NCBI GenBank assembly: GCA_025594325.1
Contig: JANHCV010000011.1
Location: 1,116,001 to 1,180,000 of the forward strand
Origin: Blastocladiella emersonii ATCC 22665
Taxonomy: Eukaryota > Fungi > Blastocladiomycota
Reading direction: 5' to 3'
Length of the DNA stretch: 64,000 nucleotides
Numbering within the stretch: the stretch's first letter is position 1; every line of letters begins with the position of its first letter. Below are positions 11,211 to 21,821 of this stretch, piece by piece. A program made the translations under genes and the position numbers. The notes below the pieces were generated by a model. It saw nothing but the letters and a program-made list of their open reading frames with translations, was not told the origin of the DNA and made no database searches.

Positions 11211-11705
11211 ATGTCCGAAGGAAAGCGCCACTGCCTCTGCTGCGTCGACCTGCGTCGTGGTATCATTGCGCTGCTCGTGCTCGAGTTCATCGTGACTGTG
11301 GCGGCGGCCGTGCTGCTGGCGCTCGGCGTCGCGGGCATCAAGGTCAACGCGGCGGCCAACAACGGCAACGTCGTCGACAACGGCAAGGTGGTTGCGGGCA
11401 AGGACGATGTCACGGAGGTCACGACGTACGCGCTTGTTGGCGCGGCCATCTACGGCGCGCAGGCCGCATGGACGCTGTTCGGTCTCATCACCGTCCTCAA
11501 GCGCAAGGTCCACGGGTTCTCCATCTTCGCCAAGGTCACGGCCGTATTCACCCTCCTCAACATCGTAAGCCTCGCCCTCACGCCCAACGGCGGCTCGATC
11601 GCAGGCGCCCTGCTGTCGGCCTACGTGTCCTACGTGTTCCTGCGCTACGCCAAGACGATGCGCATCGATGAGCAGCACCAGAAGTTGGGCCAGTCGGATG
11701 TCTAG
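11211..11705 (+). CDS. Four-TM membrane protein, LAPTM-like array member 6 (164 aa)
   Basis: KRHCLCCVDLRRGIIALLV; collinear with member 5 over its full length. Confidence 0.8.
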   Translation: MSEGKRHCLCCVDLRRGIIALLVLEFIVTVAAAVLLALGVAGIKVNAAANNGNVVDNGKVVAGKDDVTEVTTYALVGAAIYGAQAAWTLFGLITVLKRKVHGFSIFAKVTAVFTLLNIVSLALTPNGGSIAGALLSAYVSYVFLRYAKTMRIDEQHQKLGQSDV

Positions 11706-12386
11706 AGTATACACGCACCGTATGTCCGTATGCCCGTATGGTTCGCACAGTTAGTTGGCCTTTTGAGTGAGGTTTTGCTTCGATTCATACGATGTGCACC
11801 GCCTACGTGCGAAGGCGACCTCGCCCCCGAAGGGGGTGTGCCCCGAGTGCGACAGACACGCAAGTGATGGCGATCGCGATGGTGTGGCGCAGCACGTCTG
11901 GCGATGGACAACGGGAGGTTGTTTCAGGATCTCGGCGCCACACGTGGGACTGAACCACACGCGGCCGGTCCGCTTTCCCCCCACCCGTCCCCGCGATCTC
12001 GCCCCGGCGGTCGCGCCTGCACGTTCGCGTCATCGTGCAGTGTCGAGATCGTGGCAGCGACGGTGCGTTCCCGCCCGCCTTGCCTCGCGGCCTGCATGAA
12101 GATCGCGGGGGGCAAGGACGGCGGTGTCAATCAGGGCCTTCCGCTTCCGGCGTCGAACACCGCATCGCCTGCCATTCCTGACCGCGGCCGCGCACGCTTA
12201 CCTGTAATCACCGCGCCCCTTCCTCATTGGCCGGCCGCGAAGTTTGCCGCGGCCGCGGCCGTCCACTCAACAGCGGGGCCAGCCTCGCGCACGTTGCACC
12301 GTGTCCCGCTCCCCACGATTCGTCCTCTCTCCCTCTCCCCTGATCTGTTCCCACACCGACTTTGCTCTGTATCATACGCCAACGAC

Positions 12387-14707
12387 ATGTACATTGGAGG
12401 GTGGCTCCACGACTTCTTGGGAGGGCTGCTCGTCTTCGTCGCCGCGACGACGATCCTGTTCGCGGTCTTCCACTGGTTCTTCCACGTCGTCCGTATCAAA
12501 TCAGCCCCGACCTGCGCAGCTACTGGCATCACGCTCATTTCTGTTGCTGGATGCGTGTAGTGGTGCTTCATCGAGATCGCCAAGATCGGCTACAATGAAG
12601 GCCGCGTCGGCTCGGTGCAGACCTTCAACTCGGGCGAGGGCCCCGGCCGTATAGCCATGTGCGTCGTGCTCGGGCTGGCGTACTCGGCCTTCATCGTCTT
12701 CTTCCTCGGCGTGATCGTCGTGTTCATCTCGTTCAAGGATTTCGCGCCGCGCTGGATGTGGATAGTCGACGCGCCGCTCGACGCGAACCAGCTGCTGTCC
12801 ATCTTCGTCGTCTTCTTCGTCATCTACGCGATCCCGTCCGTCATCGCCGCCGTCACCACCACGCTCGTCTTCATCCACGACCGCTGGAAGATGAGCTCGC
12901 TCAAGAAGGACCGCCAGGCGGCCGTTGCGGGCGGGCTCGAGGGCGGCAACGGTAACGCCAGCGCGCCCGTGTCGTACCACTGGGACAAGACGGTTGTGCT
13001 GTGCGTGCCCGTGTACATGGAGCCGCTGTCAAACCTGCTGTCGACCATCAGCGCGATTGCCGACAGCGACTACCCACCCGACAAGATCCAGGTGCTCGTC
13101 GGCTTCGATGACGACAGCACCAAGACGCTGACCATGATGCACACCATCGAGCGCATCCTGTCGGGCGGCGAGATCCGCGGGTACGACCGCGCCGACGACT
13201 CGAGCAACAGCAGCAACGTGTCGGGTTCGGGATCCGGTCCGGGCGCGGGCGACAGCGGCCTGTACATGATGGGGTCGGGCGACCTCGGCGACCGCGAGAC
13301 GTACCCGCCGAGCTACGACACGCTGCCGGCGGCCGACGGCCGCAACAAGTACAACGGGCTGCTCAAGATCGCCAACTACGCGCGGTCGTCGGTCGACGTG
13401 CGCCAGTCGCCCGTGTCGCGGCCGCAGTCGCTCGACTACTCGAACGTCGAGCACGACCCGCGCACCATCGAGACGAGCTACCGCAGCATCAACTACACCA
13501 TCTCGCGGTTCGAGCACGGCGGCAAGCTGCACACGCAGGCCAAGATGTTCGCCATGATCCAGGACCGCGTCGAGTCGGGCCAGTACCCGCGCGACTCGCT
13601 CATCTTGTTCGTCGACAGCGACACGACGCTGGTGCCGTCGACGATCCGCAAGTTTGTCGACCATTTCGAGGTGCACAAGAGTCGCCACGCCGCAACTGGT
13701 ACGCCGATGTGCATTGCTGCGATCCTTTCCTTGTACTGACACGCGCTGGACCCTCGCTCAGGCTTCATCCTGTCGCGCAACGGCCACGGTCACAACTTCC
13801 TGCAGCAGCTCCAAGACGCACGTGCTCTCGAATCGCCGCTTCCCGCCCACCGAGCCCCACTCACTCACCCGCCCGCAATGCGTAGGCCGAGTACATTTAC
13901 ATGCAGCTGTCGATGCGGTTCACCGAGGCGTCGTTCGGGAGCGTGACGTGCATGCCGGGCGCGCTGACCATGATCAAGTACGAGACCATGGCGGAGCTGG
14001 CCAAGCTGTACTTCCACCAGGCCGACGTGGACTCGACGTTCGAGTTCTGCCGGCGCAAGCTGGGCGAGGACCGGTTCCTGACGCACCTGGCCATGGAGTA
14101 CCTGGGCCCGTTCGCGATCGGGTTCGTGCCCGACGCCGTATCCAAGACCGAGGCACCCGGCAACGCGTACGACCTGCTGCGGCAGCGTCGGCGGTGGCTG
14201 CTCGGGTCGTTGACAAACGAGGTCTACATGATCACGACGCCGTCGTTCGTGCTCAAGTTCCCCGCCCTGATCGCGCTGCGCATCCTCAACATCTTCCGCC
14301 TCGGCGGCACGCTCTTCTACCTCCTCGCGCTCGAGTACATCATCGTCGGCATCCTGTACCCGGACGACTTCATTGCGTCCGACGTCATCTACGTGATCGG
14401 GATCCCGCTGCTCATCTGGATCTTCCTCGCGGTCTGGGCGCTCTGGCAGCGCCGGTACAAGACGCTCTTCTTCTTCTTCCTCTACATCCTCCTCAACCAG
14501 TTCATGGAGCTCGGGTACTACGGGTACGCGCTCTGGACGCTGCGCGAGCGGACGTGGGGCGGGCCGCGCGCGGCCGGCGAAGAAGAGGAGGAGGGCGAGG
14601 AGGGCGCGGCCGATGGCGATGCCGCTGCAGCGGCGGCGACGGACGGTGGCGCGTCCGCCCTGGGTTCTACGGCGCCCAACAGCGGGTTCGTCGTCCGCCA
14701 GGGCTGA
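12387..14707 (+). CDS. Compact chitin synthase-like processive GT2 glycosyltransferase, copy A (~705 aa); introns 12489-12560, 13699-13761, 13818-13885 (GC-AG)
   Basis: Motifs CVPVYME, GGK, FVDSDT, spliced QLQDAEY, TCMPG, LGEDRFLT, QRRRW; N- and C-terminal TM helices. Confidence 0.85.
13671..14574 (+). repeat. ~904-bp direct repeat; second copy at 40172-41075
   Basis: No differences found by eye. Off-frame ORF translations in the track are identical at offset 26501 (e.g. 13897-14163 vs 40398-40664). Confidence 0.85.
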
Positions 14708-15000
14708 TCCCTCTCGCGCCTCGCTCCGCCTCGCAGTCGCGTCGTTCACGCGCGCGCGCGGCAATTACCCTCGATTCCATTGCGACGTTGCATTCTGCAG
14801 TGCTCTGTCTTCATTATATCCTAGTTGTGTTCACCATCGCCCTCTTGAGCCTTGAGGTGGCGCGACGCGTCCCTGTTCCGTTCGTGCGGCGCCGCCCCTG
14901 TCAATCGCTCCTGATCCCTGACTCCGCGGTTCATACAGCCATCTCGATGCGATCATGGGTGGCTCAGCACCGCTGCTCTCTCATTCACAAACAGAATGCA

Positions 15001-17214
15001 ATGAAGCCCCCGAAATCATGTAATGCAACCCGACAGCGCCGGATCACGGTGCCCATGCTCGTGGCCATCGCCGCGGCCACCGTGCTGCTCATCGCACCGA
15101 CCGTGGCCGCGGACCCGGACCCGTCGTGGCTCAGCTGGGGCAGCAGCAGCACTCCCTCCGCCCCGGCTGCCGGCCTGCAACCTGCCACGGCCAACGGGAG
15201 CGGCGGCGCCAGCGAGTCCGGCCTCATAGCGCATCAGCAGGGCGAGGAGTGGATCCGGTCGATCCGTAAGCAGTCGCAGGAGGAGCTCGCGTTCCTCGAG
15301 CAGGGCCGCATGTCGCTGCAAAAGTACGAGTCCCAGAGCCACGACTGCTACAAGGAGGCCGCGTACTCGCTGCAGACCGGGTGCAAGGAGCTCACGGCGA
15401 CTGAGGAGGAGAAGCAGCAGTGTACGGGGCCGCGCTACACGGGTGTGATGCGCGGGGAACTGACGGTGATGTATAGATGCGATCCGACTGACGCTGTGCG
15501 AGGTGGCCACGGCCAACGTCAACGTGCCCGTGCAGTGTCTCGTTGCGAACCCGGGCACGTCGTGTGTTGAGTACGTCTTCCCCTCACTCGCTCTCGCACC
15601 TCGCCCTAACCTCTAATCGCCCCGCAGAGCTCTCCACCAAGTCCCACAACTCTGGACCTCCTACTCAGGCTACCGGCGGGACGTCCTCGCCATGTGCTAC
15701 GCGGTGCGACACGCGATCGAGCGAGAGCTCGTCGAAGCCCTCTTCTACAACCTGACCCTGACGCAGCTCGTCAACAACAACCTGCTCCACGCGCACACGC
15801 GCGACGTCGCCGAGATGCACGTGCGTGAGCTCGCGGCTCTCGCCAACGTGTCGCTCGCACAGGACCGCCTCGTCGCGCAGTCCGCGCAGGCGGCCGAGAT
15901 CACGCGCGCGGTCGCGGCGAACGTCACGGATCTCGCGGCGGGCGTCGCGGGGGTCGCAAGAACGGTTGAAGCGGTCGATCGCGCGCAGGAGATGATGATG
16001 GGCGCGGTCGAGGCGTGGCGCGGCCAGCTTGCCGGGTGGATCGACAGGATGGCCGCGGAGGCGGGCGAGGCGCGGCGCGCGCTCGATGGGGTGGCGAGCG
16101 GCGTCGGCGTGGTCCAGGATCAGGTCAAGGGCGTCGCGCAGGCGCAGGCCGAGGCGAAGCGCGCGAGCGAGGCGCTGGCGGTACGTGTGCTTCGCGTCGA
16201 GGAGAGCGACGTGATGTGTGGGCTGATGGCGTCGACGGTGTAGGCGTGGCTCGAACTGTTCCAGCGCGCGACGCAGAACCAGACCTCACACCTCCTTGGC
16301 GTACGTCCCCCACCCCACACCCTCCCCACACATTCCCTAACCCTCCTCCACCCGTCCAGGCGCTACAAAACGTCGACTCCGCACTCGCAACGCACCACGC
16401 GCAGTGGTCTGCAGCCGCCGCCGACCAGCTCGCGTGGATCCACTCGGCGCAGTCGGCGCTCGTGTCGCTGACGGCCGAGCACGCGGCGCAGCGCGCGGCC
16501 GCCGACGAGTGGATCCGCGGGCTCGCGGCCGCGCACGCCACGGTCGCGAACCGCGTGGCCACGCTCGAGGGCGAGCTCGCGTCGCATGCGTCCAAGCAGC
16601 GCGATCATTTGGCAAACGTCACGGCGGCGCTCGCCGAGGTCCGCGCGCAGTCCGAGGCCGTGGCCGTTGGCGTGGCGACGGCGCGCGCGGTGCTCGGGGA
16701 CCGCGGGATCGCCGTCGCGGTGTCGGTCATGGTCGCGGCGGCGGTGCGCTTGGTCGGGATACGGGGGACGGTCGCGGGCGTGGTCATTTGTACGGCTCGA
16801 CTCAAGCGATGTGGTGCCGCTGGGACTGACCTTACGCGAGTGCGTAGTTGCGGCGACCCAGGCGCCGATCGGCGAGTGGGCCGAGCAAGTCAGCGACGCG
16901 GGCGCCGTGATGGCCAAGGCGGCGGCGGAGTGGTGGGTCGTGGCCGCGGTACGTGGTCTCTCTCACTCTCACTGTCGTCAACGATCGCTCACCCTCAGCG
17001 CTCGTAGATCGCCTTGACGAGCGTGGCCGTGGCCGTGTTGGCGTGGCGCCGATCGGCAGCAGTCGAGGACGAGCAAGGCGCTGGCGAACAGGAGCCGCTC
17101 GCCGACATCGAGACCAAGGAACCGGCGAAGCCGCTGCGCGAGAAGAAGATCAAGTGGAAGCGGTGGCGGCCGACGCTGAGCGACCTCGAGGGCAACCCGA
17201 TCGAGCGCGTGTAG
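15001..17214 (+). CDS. KAR5: Nuclear fusion protein of the KAR5/Tht1/GEX1/Brambleberry family; multiple introns
   Basis: Signal peptide. Spliced Cys-rich domain CYKEAAYSLQTGC...YAIRLTLCEVATANVNVPVQC...CVEALHQVPQLWTSYSGY...MC, followed by long coiled coils and C-terminal TM segments. Confidence 0.82.
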
Positions 17215-17243
17215 TTCAGTCAGTTGAGCAGGTGTATATTCAA

Positions 17244-17714
17244 TCAGAGCTTGAGCGCCATGTGGACGTGCGGGATCCCCTCCTCCATGAACACCTCGGG
17301 ACTCGTCACGACGTAGCCGAGCTTGGCGTAGAACCCGGCCTTGTCCTCCTGCGCGTGGATCAGGACCTGCGCGAACCCCAGCGCGCGCATGTGGTCGTGG
17401 GCCATGACGCACAGCTGCTTGCCGACGCCGCGGCCGCGCGCCGCAGCCAGCGTCGCGACGCGGCCCAGCACCGCGTCGTGCTGCGGGAGGTCGGGCGACG
17501 GGAAGATGCGGCAGGTGCCGAGCGGTTCGCCCGTCGCGGCATCGACGGCCAGGAAGTGCGCCGTCGTCGGCTGGTGGTCGATCTCGTCCAGCTCGTTCTC
17601 GGCGGGCACCTTCTGCTCGTCGACAAACACGTCGAAGCGCACGCGGAACGCTAGCTTGAGGTCGGCCTCGGTCGCGACGGCGCGGTACAGCACGGGGGCG
17701 GGAGTCGATGGCAT
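17244..17714 (-). CDS. GNAT N-acetyltransferase, ElaA/YjcF-like
   Basis: RFDVFVDEQKVP..ELDEID, HFLA, LGRVATL..RGRGVG, HAQ...GFYAKLGY, F.EEGIPHVHM; intronless. Confidence 0.85.
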   Translation of the reverse strand: MPSTPAPVLYRAVATEADLKLAFRVRFDVFVDEQKVPAENELDEIDHQPTTAHFLAVDAATGEPLGTCRIFPSPDLPQHDAVLGRVATLAAARGRGVGKQLCVMAHDHMRALGFAQVLIHAQEDKAGFYAKLGYVVTSPEVFMEEGIPHVHMALKL

Positions 17715-18728
17715 GGGTTACTGCAGCAAGTCGGAGTGCAAGTTGATGGTGGTGAGTGCAGTGGGGCGAGAGGAGGGTTCTTGAAGGGCTGGCCGGCGGC
17801 AGGGACCGGCCGAGAGGCGCGGCGCGTCCGCGGCAAGTCCGACGGCGCTTCTCTCGCGCCCCGGGCTCGCTCGCGGACACGAGTGCGGCGCAGCAACAGG
17901 AGGAGCACTCGCCGCGCAATGGACGCCGGAAGCCCGGGTCAACTGATCGAGCGAGGAGTACATACACGCCTCGGCGGAACCGCCTGGAAGCCCGCCGGCG
18001 CCCCCGATACGCCTGCGGCGTCACGCCGGGACTCGCGTGGCACGTGTGGGCGCGTCAATGGCGGCGCTAGACCGAGGCCATGCGATTGTGAAACGAGGCG
18101 CGCGCTACGAGCGAGAGGAGGGTGATGACTCGGGTGGTGGTGGCGCAGCGGCCGGGATGCGTCGTCGGAGGTGGTCGGCCACCAAGGCGGACAGCCGGAC
18201 TTCGCTCCCGGGACGACGGCCATGGCCATGGCCACGGTCACGATGGCCGCGATGGCCGCGATGGCCACGGCGGCCACGGCGGAAGTACAAAGCGGTGGAG
18301 GTGATGACGAGGGCCGCGGCGGCGGCCAGCTCGCCGCTCAGCGCAGCACACTCCGCTGCCGCTCTCCAGCACAAACTCAGTCCCCCCGCTACGCAACGCA
18401 ACGCAACTTTAACTCGGTGCAACTGCACCCTCGCCACGCCCAACGCACCGCCCGCCCGCGCGCCTGCCCGCATCCGCGCCGCCCGCCGTGAGCGAGTGCG
18501 CCAACGACCCTCGGTCCCGTTGTGGGCCTCCTGCTCTCGCCACCGCACTCGCCTCTTTCGGCCGCAACACCTGCGCTGCATCGCCGACCGCCGTTCGGGC
18601 ATCGTATCGGATTCGCCGCCTGCCGTGTGCTTTGCGGCAACACCGCCACACCCACCACGGACACGGAACCTGGTGCAACTGCGCACCGCTCGCCCTTCCC
18701 TCTCCCGCCTCTCGAAGCAGACGCCGCC

Positions 18729-21700
18729 ATGGACAACGTCGTCTCGAGCCTGTCCAACTTCTTCTTCCGCCGCGCGTCGAGCACCGCGCCGCCGCCGTCC
18801 TCGTCCTCGACGAACGGCGGCTCGAGCCCGGACCTCGCCTCGCTCGCCGGCGGGACCGCGCCGCCACCAACCTCGTCCAACTCGTCGCGCCGCGCCAACT
18901 CGGTGCGCACGCGGCGGGCCGGTAGCGCGCCCACGGCACACCCGCTGCACTACCACCCGCCGCCCGACGCGCCGGGCGTCCCGATCCCGTCCGCGGCCTC
19001 GGCTTCGTCGTCGGGCTCCTCGCGCAGTGCCGGGCAGCAGCAGCGGCACCACACGTACACGCCCGCATCTTCGGCGCCCGGCAGCAGCCACACGCACCAC
19101 CACACCCAGTACGCGCACCGCGACAGCCCCGAGCACATGGTCAACGTCTACCAGCCGCACCTGTACCAGCCGCAGTCGCCGACGGCCGCCGCATCGGCCG
19201 CGTCGCGCCACCACCAGCAGCAGTACCACTACCCGCGCGACGAAATGACCAAGGGCAACTGCCGGTGCTGCCGCAGCGAGCTGTCGTACCCCGTCTCCAT
19301 CATGAGTTTCCGGTGCTCCATCTGCGACTACGTCAACGACCTCGGCGCGCCGCTCCCGCCCTCGGGACCCATCGTCGACCCGCTCTCGCTGTCCTCGCTC
19401 AAGGAGCTCCTGACGCGCACCGCGCCGCACGCCGTGCCCGTCGTCGCGGCGGACGGCGATCCTGCAAGTAGTGCTCCCGTCGTCGTCGTCAAGGACGCCG
19501 AGGCGCTCGCGTCCATCTACGCCGCGCCGCTCACGCGCGACGCGCCGCCCGGATCGCCCGAGGCGCTCAAGGACGCGGCGCGCAACCAGGTGCTCGCGTA
19601 CACGCCGTCGAGCGCGCACAACCTCGAGGTCGCGATGCGCCTGCGCGCCGTGTTCTCGCAGTGGCCCGTGCTCAACGCGTCGTTTGCGAACCCCGGTCCG
19701 CCGCCGCGCCGCGGACCCAACCTCAACCTGCCCGCCCTGCGCGAGGCGTGGCGGCTGATCGCCGAGCAGCCGCACTCGCTGCACATCACGATCCTCAACG
19801 CGATGCTCGTCGTCCTGATGCGTGTCGGGCGCCCGATCACCGATGCGGGCGAGATCCAGGCGTTCCTCATCATGCTCGAGTGCCCGTTCCTCGCGCGGAC
19901 GCAGCGCAACCCGAACGAGGAGCAGCTAAGGCTCGCGGTCCTGTCGCGGCTGCTCGGGCATATCTCGGCGCTGCCCAACCAGCTCCACTACCACCTCGTC
20001 GAGTGGTCGCTCGCGTGGCCCGCGCAGCTGCTCGGCGAAAAGGTCGATCTCATCAACCAGTTTTTGACGCACCGGCTCATGATCTGCCAGCCCCCGCCCG
20101 GCGAGCGGCTCGGCGAGGAGGGCCGCCTGCTCGCGCAGCATTACACGGGCGACTGGCAGATTGTCGCGTCGTGCCGCACCATGGCGCTGCTGTGTACGCT
20201 CACCCGCTTGCTCCGCCTCAGTTACCGAACCCTAACCCACCGCCGACCGCCGCGTAGTCTCGTCCAACAACAAGAACACGCGCATCGAGCTATCGCACTT
20301 CTACAACACCATGGTCGACCTGCGCGTGCACCTGCTGCGCGACTTTGACGCGTGGGAGCGCCGCCAGGTCCCCTTCACCTTCTGCCAGTACCCGTTCACG
20401 CTGTCGCTCGCCGCCAAGCTGATCCTCATGGAGTTCGAGGCCAAGCGCGCCATGTTCCACCGGTTCCGCGAGGCCGTCGCCGCCCAGGGCGTCGCCGAGT
20501 CGGCCGCCGTCGCCGCGGGGAACGTCGGGCCACCGGGTGGCGGCGCCGCGTCCCCCGTCACGGCTCCCGCGAGCACATCGAGCGGCGGCGGTGTGGCGGC
20601 CGCGTCGATCGCGGCAACGCAGCAGCAGCAGCTCCCGTACCTGCCGCTCAAGATCCGGCGCGCGTCGCTCGTCGAGGACTCGCTCGCGCAGCTCGCCGAC
20701 CCGTCGCTGGACCTCAAGAAGCGCGTGCGCGTGTCCTTTGTCGGCGAGGAAGGGATCGACGCGGGTGGGCTGACCAAGGAGTGGCTGCTCCTCCTCGTCA
20801 AGGAGCTGTTTGACCCGAAATACGGCATGTGGCTCACCCCCGCCAACAGCGCCGCCACGGATGGCGGGTACTGGTTCAACCCGGGGTGCGGCGACCTGCT
20901 CGAGTTCTTCCTCACGGGCGTCGTCCTCGGGCTCGCCGTCTACCACTCGACGATCCTCGACGTCCCGCTCGCCGCGCCGTGCTTCAAGAAGCTCCTCAAG
21001 CACCCCGTCGGGCTCGCGGATCTCGCGGAGCTCGACGCCGAGCTCGCGCGGGGGCTCCAGCAGCTGCTCGACTATGACCAGGACGACGTCGAGGACGTGT
21101 TTTGCCGCGAGTTTGTCGGCGAATACGGTACGCCTCACTCGCGCGTGGGTCATGGTCGTCGCTCACACCTCGTGCACGTCCTGTAGAGTGCTACGGCGAA
21201 ACGATCCGCGTGCCGCTCGTCCCGAACGGCGCGTCGATCCCCGTGACGCGGGCCAACCGGAAAGAGTACGTGGCCAAGCTCGTCGAGTTCAAGCTGACGA
21301 CGAGCGTCGCGCGGCAGTACGACAGCTTCGCGTCGGGCTTCACGCGCGTGCTGCAGGGCAACGCCCTGTCGCTGTTCCGGCCCGAGGAGATCGAGCTCCT
21401 GGTGCGCGGGTCCGTCGACATCGACATTGCCCAGATCGAGATCACGGCCGAGTACGAGGGCTGGGCCGAGTCGCACCGCACCGTGCGCGACCTGTGGGCC
21501 GTCCTCGCCGCGTTCGACCCGCCCATGAAACGCGCCTTCATCAAGTACCTCACGGGCACCGACCGCGTGCCGTCCACCGGCGTCACGGTCAAGGTGACGT
21601 GTCTCGCGGACACCGACAGCGACCGGCTGCCGATCGCGCACACGTGCTTCAACCAGCTCGGCCTGTACGCGTACGCGACGCGGGACAAGCTGCGCGACAA

Positions 21701-21746
21701 GCTCGTCACGGCGGTCCTCGAGAGCGAGGGGTTCGGGATCAAGTGA
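18729..21746 (+). CDS. HECT E3 ubiquitin ligase, fungal Hul4-like; introns near 20195-20258 and 21128-21187
   Basis: N-terminal CRCC..RCSIC..VND motif. HECT domain: IRRASLVEDSL, FVGEEGIDAGGLTKEW, GLAVY, RLPIAHTCFNQL, EGFGIK. Confidence 0.88.
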
Positions 21747-21821
21747 GGCGCGGCGCGAGCAGAGGCCATTGATTGTGTACAGCATTGCAGATATATATCT
21801 AAATAGATTGTTTGACCACAC

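Noticed and set aside
12387-17714. GT2 + KAR5 + GNAT as a Nod-like chito-oligosaccharide gene cluster
   Set aside because: KAR5 is functionally unrelated, the second GT2 copy has no GNAT neighbour, and there is no deacetylase or exporter in the window.
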